Part shown: piece after piece, positions 53,107-64,000 of the stretch
Numbering within the stretch: position 1 is the first letter of the stretch
How the letters are laid out: each line of letters starts with the position of its first letter
Source: Octopus vulgaris
Taxonomy: Eukaryota
Length of the DNA: 64,000 bases
Assembly: GCA_951406725.2 (NCBI GenBank)
Contig: OX597826.1
Span: forward strand, 56,978,001-57,042,000
Direction: 5' to 3'
Position numbers and translations under genes: made by a program
The notes under the pieces: generated by a model
The model's input: only the letters and a program-made list of their open reading frames with translations
Told to the model about the DNA's origin: nothing
The model's database searches: none

Positions 53107-55554
53107 TGTGCATGAAAACACACACACAGAAAAAAGAAAAAGCGATGGCTGGCACCTTTGATCATAGCTCTGTTAATCAGAAGAACACAGTGTAAATAAA
53201 ACAACAAACCTATTTACAGCTAAATTGAATGGATCATTGAGAGTTTAGTGGCCAAAGACCAAGAGATACAATAGTAATGGTTAAACCGATCTTTCGGAAT
53301 GCAAGCCAACATCTTAACAACCACAACAGTTCCTTCCACCTCTCTCACAGCTTAACAACCACAACAGTTCCAAATCTCTCACTCTTCTGCCATGAATAGA
53401 AAAGCAAAATTTTACTTCAGAATTGTTGATATTTTAATCAAGATGGAGCTGATTAGTTAGATCATAGATTTAATGGAAGAGGAAAATGAGATTCTTAACT
53501 GGTTTAATATGACCTTATGCAAACTGTTATTCAGTTTTGGCTTGTAGGTTGAATGATAGCCTCTACCATCCCTAACACAGATAATTTAAATGGAAAGTTA
53601 CAAAGAGAACAATAATACAAGGATCTTTTATGAATGATTCAAGTCCCTGGAGCTGTAATAAGCACTGTTACTAAACCAACGAGGAATAGCTTTGTTCATT
53701 TTCAATCACACTCACAATAATATCTTGTTCTAATAGTTCACCCTGATTACAGACATGAAACATACTTCTGTAGTTGTATCCTAATTAAAAGGTCAAAGTT
53801 CAGAAAAACTCAACAAGCTGGTATTAACAGTAGTTATCTAGAGTATGCCTATGTGTATGTATGTTTGTGTCCATATGTGTGAGTGTGTTTACTTTGACAC
53901 AGAACTTAGGTCATTGGTCAAAGGCTAACATTTACAGGAACATAAGTGAATTGGTGTAAGTGGTTTTAGTGAATTGTATCTGTGGTGATTAACAAGGGAA
54001 CAATGGCACATCCTGATTTGTAGTAATTTACAACTTCTTCAGGATATTTTACACAACATGAGAGTTAAGAAACCAATTGTATTCTTCAATACAAACCTTA
54101 CTGTGTATGGGATAACAGCAATACAGCATTAGATCATTTGTAGGAATAACAAATAAGGATGATAATATAATAGAAGAAAGGTTTCATATTCCATGGTTAT
54201 GATTAAAGTAGAAATCTTTCTGCAATTTAAGATATTTCCTTAGTAATGACAGACAACGACTTGCTACTGCTGACCAGCACCGGTGGCACTGCCAGCACCA
54301 CTATGTACAAGAGAAATCTCCAAGTTTGTGAGATCAAATTGAAGGCATGCAATTTTGCTGTCTCTCTAGGTATGATAGTTTAAACATCTCTGGTTTACAA
54401 AGCCAATGGAAATAAATATCAGCCTAAAGTTATCTGCAACAAATTAGTAACATGTCCAAGGGAAGATGAAGATTTGCCTCTCATTTGCTTTAAATAACAG
54501 AGTACCCTACAGTCCCTTAAATACATTTATAGTCAAAAGGAATTATCTCTTCTTAATTAAACCTGGTAAAAGGTCAGTTTAAATAGCATATTTTTCCCTC
54601 TATATCTCTCTCACTTGTTCTCACCCTGCTATTGTTCAATCACTGTTTCCATTCATCAATTTCTTCCACCAGTTCAGATCACATATTTAAAAGTTCAAAG
54701 AAGAACTCACAGGATATCCCTGCCAATCAGAGAGGACCTTAAAAGTCACTGTGTTTATGATATAAAAAATTTCAAAATAGGATTATTTATTGTATATCAC
54801 TATCAGACATCTCTCATCTATCTAGAGTTGTTACTACTTTGGCATTGCTGAAGATTGTATAATTGTATTTACATACACCACCTTTGTTGACAACTTATAT
54901 TAATTCTTTACCAAGCTTTCTTTCAAAGCAGTTCTCATAGGAAGAAAAAGCAAAGCAATATTTTCTTTTAATTATTTTTAAATTGGAATACAAACATGAC
55001 ATTGTTAAGGTGCAAATGAGACATGTTGATTATCTGAGCTGATTAAAGCTGTTTTAACACTTCATTACTAATTAATCAAATCTAACTGCAAAATGATTAA
55101 CCATCTAAATATTATCTAGGGTTGATTATGCTTAATTTTGGCAAAGTAACAAAAATCTGTAATGCTGATTTGTTGTATCAAAATGTATGTAAGAAAATGT
55201 GAGAACAAAGAAACAAATAAATCAAGAATCAAAAAGATGCAGAGTGAGATACTGTGATGTTTTGAACAGAAAATATGGTTAATTTACTATAGGATGAGCT
55301 TTGACTACAACGAATCAAACTTCAGCAATAGCAGGAAAGTCAGGCCTTAAAAAATTTTCCATCATGCAGCAAGCAGAGTGTGTAATGAATCTACAAAGGA
55401 GTACTTTTTGCAGAGATTAGTTTTTCTATAAGACTTGAACCAAACCAAAAAGGCTGCTGAAACCTACAGAATTAAGGTTGGGATACTGGTGTAGTCATTA
55501 AAGTTTGGATATCACATCTTTCAGCAATCATTAGAGTTAAGTTACATACAACTT

Positions 55555-55589
<35 letters not shown>

Positions 55590-56645
55590 AGATGCACACG
55601 CACACACACAAACACACACACACACACAAACAGACACACGTTAAATCTGCTTTAGGAATCACAGATATTAATTCATTGAATATGATATGGCTACAAAATA
55701 TTTTGTACATTTTTTTTCTCCTTTACTTTTCTCTCTCTCTCTTGAAGATACACTATCTTCTTTTTTTCAAGAATTCTTTCTCTTTACTTATTATTAGTAT
55801 TACTTTTGCAGTTTTGCAGTTTTGTGGTTTCCAGATGATGTAAATATGTTGTTATATACATTGGTACTAAGCTTACATTTTACTTTCACACTTTTCTAAG
55901 TTATTTATTTTGTGAATATTTTTTTTTAACAAACATATGTTAGATAATTAGGGAGAGAAGGAATGCTAGCTAAAGTATTTGCCTACCTTTAATTAAATCG
56001 CCTGGAAAGTAACCCAGGCTTTAGGTATGAATTAGCTTGCTTCAGATGTGAAAATGATATGTAACTCATAAGAAGAAAGGAAACAAAAATTAACAAAATT
56101 TAAAAGTATGTAAAAAACAAACAAACAAAAAGAACCATATAGATATATCCTCCCAAAATTCACATTAAAGAAGATTGTTAATATATTTCCGTCAGTAGTA
56201 GATATGTGTCTATATCAGAGGTGTACAGCTTCAATGATACATACATATGTATATATATATATACATACATACATAAATACGTACATATATATATAGTGAT
56301 TTTATAAGTAGTAGAGTCAAGAAATCTGGCTCTGCATTGTAGAAGTATAAGAGGAATAATATCTATCATTATTGCAGTTATTATATAAAGTAGTGTCTTA
56401 ATGCAACCCAATTCTGTCAGTGTGTGCATGTGTGTAAGCACAAGTTGGATGATACTGTCTGCAACAGAACATTTTTTCTCTCTCTATCTCTCTCTCTACT
56501 AGTTTTCTAATATGTACCATTGACCACACCAACCCGTTTTTCAAATTTATTCATAATTCATGTTCCTATCGCCATACACTGTCCAATGCCTATGATGTTT
56601 TGAAGCACACATATATTTAGTTCATTTCAGTATGTGCATGGAATA

Positions 56646-56822
56646 GGTGCAAGTGTGGCAGTAGTTGAAAAGATTGCTTCCCAACCATATGATTTTGGGT
56701 TCAGTTCCACCGAGTGGCGTCTTTGGAAAATGTTTTCCACTATAGCCCCAGGTCAATCAAAGTGTTTAGAGAGGATTGAGTGGATGGAAACCAGAAGAAA
56801 CCCATCATATGTATGTAGGTGT

Positions 56823-56869
<47 letters not shown>

Positions 56870-57110
56870 TGTGTGTGTGCGTGCATGTGTGTGTCTTTGT
56901 CTTGGCATCACATCATAGTTGAAAATGATTGTCAATATCTTACAAGCAGTGTCATTTATTTGCAGCATTCTGCAAGAACATGTCTGGCCATGAGGAAATA
57001 TTACCTTGCTCGAGGGTAAGGGACATGAAGGGCATCCAGCTGTAGAAAATCTGATTCAATAAACTCTTCCCAACCCAGGCAAACGTGGAAAAGTGGACAT
57101 TAAAATGATA
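56646..57110 (+). mobile_element. SINE with family A head, (TG)n spacer and an RTE-type tail
   Basis: Head GGTGCAAGTGTGGC ... GGGTTCAGTTCCAC ... CTATAGCCCCAGG ... GGATGGAAACCAGAAGAAACCCATC; tail ... GAAGGGCATCCAGCTGTAGAAAAT ... CAACCCAGGCAAACGTGGAAAAGTGGACATTAAAATGAT. Confidence 0.8.
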
Positions 57111-57484
57111 CTGAAGTGGACGATCATATGTATGTATGTGTGTGTGTGTGCATGCACATATATGCGTGTATATACACACACACTCACATATATAATTACA
57201 TATTGGGTAGACTTGTGAAATAAGTTTAAAATAATGTGAGATGACTTACAAAGCAAATAAAAAAGGAAATAGAACAACAGTTGAAGCTTTACCTTATGTT
57301 TCAATATTTTGGGGTTAGGAGCCCTTCTTCATGTAAGGTAAAAATTCCAGTTGTTCTGTTTTTTTTTTCATGTAGTCTACTTTGTAATTTTATCTTGCAT
57401 TGTTTTGACCATACAAGTTTATCTAATGTAATATCACACAATGCTTCATCCTTGCTATTTGATTTTATTATATATGTGTGTGTG

Positions 57485-57750
57485 TACTCTCTCTCTTTTA
57501 CTCTTTTACTTGTTTCAGTCATTTGACTGTGGCCATGCTGGAGCACCACCATTAGTCAAGCAAATCGACCCCAGGACTTATTCTTTGTAAACCTAGTACT
57601 TATTTTATCAGTCTCTTTTGCCGAACCGCTAAGTGACGGGGATGTAAACACACCAGCATTGGTTGTCAAGCGATGTTGGGGGAGGGGGAACAAACACAGA
57701 CACACAAGCACACACATATATATATATATACACACACATACATACATATA
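57485..57750 (-). mobile_element. family A 3' half only, ending in the microsatellite spacer
   Basis: Young 3' half through AAACACAGACACAC; no head follows the (TA/CA)n. Confidence 0.88.
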
Positions 57751-57901
57751 TATACATATATATATTTATATATATATATGTGTGTGTGTGTGTTCATGAT
57801 GTTAATCTTCAGCCATTTTGAATTTGAATGAGAGAAGTCGATAGTTACTACCGTAAGCTGGGTTGCACTTGGTCAAGGAAGGTCATGTGGTGTCGCAGTT
57901 T

Positions 57902-58115
57902 GGTGTTGGTATAAAGTGGTTAAGGTGTTGTACTGATGATTGTAAGACTGTGGTGTCAATTCCTGGACCAAACGATATGTTGAGCTCTTGAGCAAAGCAC
58001 ATTTCACGTTGCTTCAGTGCCCTCAGCTGGCATAAGTGAGTACTCCGGCAATGGACAGAGTCCTGTCCAAGGGGTAATATATATGTCACAGAATTCAAGA
58101 AACTGATCTTATGAG
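57902..58115 (+). mobile_element. family G tRNA/CORE-like SINE
   Basis: AGTGGTTAAGGTGTTG ... GTGGTGTCAATTCCTGGACC ... CTTGAGCAAAGCACATTTCACGTTGC ... CTCAGCTGG ... TGAGTAC. Confidence 0.7.
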
Positions 58116-59880
58116 ATTTTTGCTTTGGAAGGCCCGCTGATTCTTTTAATGTGTATCATACCTCCCTCTTTTTATTACCCTATTACCACTTTCTCTCTCA
58201 TTTCTGCCTCTTTTCCATACTGTCGCTTCATCACTCTCTTTCAACCTTCATACTCATACCTCTTTGACCAGCTTATCCAAAATTATCTGCTGCAATCACC
58301 TTTTCTACCCACTTTATTGACTGCACTGACCAGAGGAACAAATAGTGACAATATTTTGGCATGACACCAGCACTATAAAATTGCCTTCTATATTTGCAGG
58401 ATATAAGCTAACTTTATTAGTGTTGGTATTATGATAAAATACAACCAATGCACTATTAGAAGTTTATTACTTGTCAAGGGCATGATAACATTTCTAGTGC
58501 TGAGTGCCATAATAAAATGCACAGAGTACACTCTGAAGACTAAAGTTTCCACTTTGGGTTTCGAGCAACTCAAATCAATCATCAATTAGGTGATAAGAAG
58601 AAAACTAGGATTTGAACCTGTTGTCTATAATACCACTGAATACAGCAACAGGAGCTCCATTAAAATTATTTGTTTGCTGAACTGTTGCGGGGCAAATATT
58701 TTTACATCTAGAGAATATCAAAAGCATTGACAATAACAATACAGAAGAAAGTTCTCATTCTGAAATGATTTTAACGTAATGATTTTAATACAAAAAACAA
58801 TAAAAATTTACAAAAAAAAAATCAATAAAGAGTAAAGAAAAAAAAACCCAGTTTATATGATTGGAGTAGGTTGGACTGGCAGAGAGTGATCTATCAACAC
58901 ACTTGTGCAAATATAAATAAAAAGTGAATAAAAAGAAAAAGAAAACTAACACCAATTTTTGCGGAAGTTTTTATGACAGACCAGCATTATTGTTATTAAT
59001 GATAAGGTTTAGATTTTTCTCTTTCCATCTCTTCTGCCCTTTCTACTCTCTCTCTTTCTCTCTCTCTGTCCTTTTTACTTTCCACCTCACCCTATTGACA
59101 CAGTCCTTTCTACTCTCTCTCTCACTCTCTCATTCTTCTTCCATATCTTCCCCATCCCAAGTTAAATTATAACCCTTTTTGTGAAGTGTCAGGAAATGAT
59201 ATTTGCTCAGTAAGGTGACAAACTGGAAGCCAAAGCAAGAATCCAGCTGCTAGCAGCCATATTTTCACAGGTTTTATTATGTCTTATTTACATAACTCTT
59301 GTACTAAGCAGTAGAGGTATTCCCCGAGAAACAAGAGAGAGAAAGAAAGAGAAATCTAACTATTCCTTGAACTACCAAACATCTGAATAGTTATATCTTA
59401 ATTGACATGGTTGCTTTTGCATGTTGCCTATAATAATATGTAGTCTGTTCTGAGGTAGTTCTCACACAAGATACTTTATCTATTTTATAGACTGATACAC
59501 ATGTTAAATATTTGAGTAGCAATTTTTCCTGAGTGAATTCCTAAAAGAGACATTGCAATATTGATTAAAAGTGTCACTAGATAAATTCTATTTTCACACA
59601 TCAAACAGAAATTATCTTCATTGGTAACAAGGAACCGTCGTAGAGAACAGCATACTCCACGCTGTTTAAGTTGCTACAGAAAGACTTTCTTTTTTGTTTG
59701 AAGAACTGGTTCAATTTTATATTTACCACAATAACTAACTGATATTGCTGTGGTTGTTTAACCCCAGGTCAATCTTGTTTGAGTAGACTTATGATCAAAG
59801 TCATTCCAGACATGACCAACCGTGACCAAAAATTTTTATATCAGAGACTATAAAGAAATATATAATATAGTCTCTGATAT

Positions 59881-60077
59881 AAACACAGAGAGACAAACAA
59901 GGACAGGCAAACAGATTACGTCGACCCCAGTGCGTAACTGGTACTTAATTTATCGACCCCGAAAGGATGAAAGGCAAAGTCGACCTCGGCGGAATTTGAA
60001 CTCAGAACGTAACGGCAGACGAAATACAGCTACACACTTCGCCCAGCGTGCAAACGTTTCTGCCAGCTCGCCGCCTT
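59881..60077 (-). mobile_element. family C SINE, young, with rearranged 3' end, inside a family E copy
   Basis: Matches 24358-24559. The terminal ~30 nt are replaced by an 18-bp inverted repeat. Family E halves lie at 59745-59850 and 60120-60200. Confidence 0.9.
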
Positions 60078-60621
60078 ATATATTATTACTATATTATATA
60101 GTATATACTTTTGCTTGTTAGGAGAGAAAAATGTAATTTCAGAGAAATTCATTGCTACATCTCTCAGGTCTAATAACCATGTAGAGAGACACTGTTATTG
60201 GTTCATAGCCAATATCATAATAATAAGGGCTGTGTTAAGTGCTACACACCAATACATACATTCAACAGTCATGAAATAACAATTTTTAAAAACTTTTATT
60301 GCAACTAATTAGTATTTATTTAATGTCAAAAGAAATCAATACTAAATATCAAACAAAGGACAGTTTATTTAGGATAAATATATTATTTGAAAATTTATTT
60401 GAAAATTATAACAATATATTACAAATGTTGATAATGTTTTAATATGTGCCAACGCACAGCGCTAACCACAGCTTTTGTTTGCTAATAATTAGTGTCAAAC
60501 TAAGCTGTAACTTTGCATTGTTGTATCAAAATAAAATGAAATGTGTCTTTACCATCATGTCTATCTAATTTAAATGTATATATGAGACTGGGCATCCTGA
60601 GTTGCATGCTGATCACTGCAT

Positions 60622-60830
60622 GCTTCTATATGGTTGCTTGAATTACCAAATATAGCAGCCAAGTCTCTTCCAAATCAATTACACCCTACAGTCTTATGAA
60701 AAAGTAAGGGATACATTAGGTAATGTAGTCCCATAAACACTATGTGTGAATAAAAATTTGGATGATGATGGAATGCATTCAATCATTTGTCTGCTTGGTT
60801 GAAGCAAACCTGGAGCTAAACACTAACAAC
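60622..60830 (+). mobile_element. family E copy with tail
   Basis: AAATATAGCAGCCAAGTCTC ... ACACCCTACAGTCTTA ... TAATGTAGTCC ... GGAATGCATTCAATCAT ... CCTGGAGCTAAACACTAACAAC. Confidence 0.7.
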
Positions 60831-61051
60831 TGGCTTCTATTCATCCTTATAAATGACAATGCATTAATAAAAATATAGGATAGGGCCTTTTGGGTCTTGT
60901 AGTATTAATACAGCAGTAGATCAAGAGCATGTAATTTTATTTTAATATTTATAAACATAAAGAATTTTATGCATCTTATTTCTTTGAAAATACCTGCCAT
61001 TTCATAACCAAAAATTATCCAGGCCAAAGCTGTTGCCGATTTGGTTTAGGG

Positions 61052-61289
61052 CAGGGGTTCTCAACTGGGGCCCATATAAGATTTTGTTGTTAAAATTTAT
61101 GTGTAATAAATTGCTTATATTTGTACTTTACACAAAATATTTTAATTTCTTTATACAATTCTCAATAATATCTAATTATAAAAATACAGCAGTATATTTT
61201 TTTACACATATCAAGAGGCTATGAAAAGCCCAGTAGAGTAAAAAGGGAATCAAAGGAATCCATAAGCAAAAAATGGTTGAGATACATTG
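61052..61289. mobile_element. hAT (Charlie-like) MITE
   Basis: TIRs CAGGGGTTCTCAAC / GTTGAGATACATTG; 8-bp flanks GTTTAGGG and GTTAAGAG match at 6 of 8. Confidence 0.7.
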
Positions 61290-61494
61290 GTTAAGAGCAT
61301 GCAATATGTACTATGATCACACATTGAACAGTATATAGGCTATCTAGGGGATGTTGCTTAGTTGTACAATCTATGCCATCTTACGATGAAAACTTATTTA
61401 GCTTGAGAAGTAACTTCGCTTCCAAATATTCTAACAAGTATGGACAGGTTACTTTCAATTTCCTAGTGATGCCATGTAACCTGTTGGGTGATTA

Positions 61495-61697
61495 GTGACT
61501 ACCCATCCACATCAGACTGGTATTTTATTTTATCAACTTTGGAAAGATGAAAAATAAAATTAACCTTGGTTGTACTTGAACTCAGAATGTAAAGAGCCAG
61601 AAGAAAAGCAGCTAAGTGCTATGTTCAACACCCCAGTTTTGTTGATTCACCACCCTAATAACACAAATGACGATGATGATGATGATGATGATGATGT

Positions 61698-61729
<32 letters not shown>

Positions 61730-61935
61730 CCAACTTTGGTGAAAGCTCCTAAATATGTTTGGGATGGGTCATGAAGTTAATTGAATCTATTCCAGTACAT
61801 GTCTAGCACTTATATTTTATCAACTCTGGAGGGATTAATCATAGTTGATTACTACAAGATTTGAATTGAGAACATTCACAGACAAAACATAATACAGAAT
61901 CATGTTTAGTTCAGTTATTTTACCATTTCTACTAA
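61495..61935 (-). mobile_element. two degenerate family C-like SINEs separated by (GAT)n
   Basis: CTGGTATTTTATTTTATCAAC ... GAAAGATGAAA ... TTGAACTCAGAATGTAAAGAGCC at 61495-61655; a second copy at 61727-61935. Confidence 0.55.
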
Positions 61936-62349
61936 TACGTTGATAACTTCTTTTAGAGACAAAAAGAAGTGGTCAGGGGTTTTCCAGTTCACTATATTAG
62001 TATTAGTTGCTTATTCTTAAGGATAAATGACTAAGGCGACTAATACAGAGACTAAAAGCCTAAACTGTTTTTAGATTTGTAAGTATGTTTTGTGTTGTTT
62101 TGCTCTTTATATGTAGATTAAATGTATAGGACATGGTGAAGGAAAAAAACTTCATAAACTTTGGCGAGCAAAGAATTGTCAAACAAATTACAGAGTGAAA
62201 GTCAGGGAAGACTCAAGTTCTCTAACACTGGCAATCAGCACTTGCCGTACTATATGTAGATGGAAAACTACTTTTTTTTATAACTAGTAAATATCTTGAC
62301 ATTAACAAGTCACATCAACTCAACACACTTGCTGCTAATGACAGAATCT

Positions 62350-62545
62350 TTATGCAGTTACTTGACCTGATAGAAATAGAAGTCTGATTTCCATCAAATA
62401 ACATCTGCCATATTGTTTTTAGAAAAAGAAGTAAAAAATCTTCTTAGAAAATACATCATGTTTAAAAATATAAGATGACTGCAGTTAAAATGCTTCTGTC
62501 CATAAGCCTACTTGATCAGGACTGAATCTGGACTAAACTACAAAA
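62350..62545 (+). mobile_element. family E copy
   Basis: GTTACTTGACCTGATAGAAATAG ... CATAAGCCTACTTGATCAGGACTGAATCTGGACTAAAC. Confidence 0.55.
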
Positions 62546-62632
62546 TCTATGCCTATACTGTCCTTGTGTGTGTGTGTGTATGTGTGTGTGTGTGAGAGAG
62601 AGAGAGAGTGGGGGGCACAGTTACAATATTTT

Positions 62633-62880
62633 GTAAAAGCACCATCCAATCGTGGCCATTTGCCAGCCTCGTCTGGCACCTATGCCGGTGGCACGTAAAA
62701 AGCACCCACTACACTCACAGAGTGGTTGGCGTTAGGAAGGGCATCCAGCTGTAGAAACACTGCCAGATCAGACTGGAGCCTGGTGCAGCCTCCTGGCTTC
62801 CCAGACCCCGGTTGAACCGTCCAACCCATGCTAGCATGGAAAGCGGACGTTAAAGATGATGATGATGATGATGATGATGA
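62633..62880 (+). mobile_element. family B: 5'-truncated RTE 3' UTR copy (young)
   Basis: TGCCGGTGGCACGTAAAAAGCACC ... GGAAGGGCATCCAGCTGTAG ... CCATGCTAGCATGGAAAGCGGACGTTAAA(GAT)n. Confidence 0.92.
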
Positions 62881-63756
62881 AAGACCAAAAATAATAAAGA
62901 TTTTTGCATCTGCTTTTTACAAAAAGCCCTATTAGTATAAACCAAATTTGGAGTTGTGACATGTGGTATCTTTGGTATTCTCACTGTTGAATTGAAGTTT
63001 TGATGTTTGGTAGCTGAATATGTCTTCTACATCTTTTGGAGATGAAGACTGAGAAACAAGAGAGAGAGAGTGATGGTGAGGTGCAGTTTGTTCTTATCGG
63101 GTCTTTAGTCAGATTAGTAACACCCAGGCTTGACGAATCAAACAGTCTGCTGTGAAACAACACTGCTTTTATAATTGACGGCTGTCCTACTAGTAAATGA
63201 ACCGAATCATTTACAGCAAGGAATTTCATGTCTGTGGGAGGAGGCTATTGACTGACAAGTAATGCAAGCAATTTCACTAACAATAACAGGCAGTGTGTGG
63301 CGGGGGGGGGACGAAGAGGGAAGGTGGAGGATAACAATGGAAAGAGAAAGACATTTGCTAGAGAAGGGGGGAGGAGGGGGAGAGAAATGGGAAGATCAGC
63401 AAAGGGAGAATCAAGAATTAACTGAGAAACAGAGATAGAAGGGATAGAGATTTAGAAAAGACGATGCTTGGTACAGGATATGGAGAAAAGAGAGAGACAG
63501 AGAGGGACTGAGATAGGGGCAGCGAAAGAAGACAAGATGGAAGAAAATATCAGAGAGAAAAGAGAAAAGTTGACAGAAAGAGGAAAACTTAAGAAACTGA
63601 AAGAATGTCTATGCAAATATGTGTGATGCATTGGTGTGCATGCATGTTTGTATATAAAGTGAATAGGTGCAAATTTGTACGTGAAGGTATGTGTGTATGC
63701 GTGTATGTAAGTATTTGCGGATATTTAAGTGTTTGCGTGTATGTAGTATGCATGAC

Positions 63757-64000
63757 AGTGTGTGTGTGTGTGTGTGTGAGTGTTTGCATGTATACAGTGT
63801 GTATGACAACACGCATGAGAGTTGTGTGTGTGTGTGTGTGGGTATGTATGAGTGCTTGTATATAAGTATGCGAGTACAAGTGTGTGTGTGTGTGTGTGTG
63901 TGTGAGTGTTTGCATGTATATTAGTGTGTATGACAACACGTATGAGAGTTGTGTGTGTGTGTGTGTGGGTATGTATGAGTGCTTGTATGTAAGTATGTGA
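63757..64000. repeat. ~126-bp TG-rich tandem repeat running off the window edge
   Basis: GAGTGTTTGCATGTATA ... GTATGACAACACG ... GGGTATGTATGAGTGCTTGTAT begins at 63778 and again at 63904. Confidence 0.85.

Noticed and set aside
53313-53371. 21-bp direct repeat CTTAACAACCACAACAGTTCC
   Set aside because: Simple local duplication at the edge of a decayed SINE.
60225-60464. Possible hAT MITE with TAGGG-type ends (AAGGGCTGTG / CACAGCGCTA)
   Set aside because: Only about 8 of 10 bases match and no TSD is visible.
62680-62760. Twister, pistol or hammerhead ribozyme in family B
   Set aside because: The conserved cores (twister UCCCAAGC loop, hammerhead CUGAUGA/GAAA) are not present; kept only as an untested structured-RNA hypothesis.

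Overview
Eukaryotic, AT-rich, microsatellite-saturated non-coding DNA (intron or intergenic). The SINE families and the density of (TA)n/(CA)n/(AAT)n/(GAT)n tracts look like an octopus (coleoid cephalopod) genome; this is an inference from remembered repeat families, not a database result. I recognise no host protein-coding gene, tRNA, rRNA or CRISPR array, and almost all ORFs in the supplied track are microsatellite artefacts. The window can be read as layered transposable elements. Family letters below are my own working labels. There are four tRNA-headed SINE families (A, C, F, G), an old (CAA)n-tailed retroposon (E), and several RTE-clade LINE remnants, including a family B whose (GAT)n-tailed 3' UTR carries a tandemly amplified hairpin module. 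DNA elements include a DD37D Tc1/mariner fragment, a mariner derivative built from two 5' ends, a Helitron helicase relic, and piggyBac-, hAT- and TcMar-type MITEs. The most interesting signals: (1) a modular SINE system in which one tRNA/CORE-like head carries two different tails either side of an internal microsatellite; (2) a C-terminal ORF remnant tying family B to an RTE LINE; (3) the head-to-head mariner; (4) fold-back palindromes and inverted SINE pairs that could form dsRNA. Three weak exon candidates are listed. I found no evidence for a new gene-encoded system; any novelty here is in TE architecture and needs library searches to confirm.
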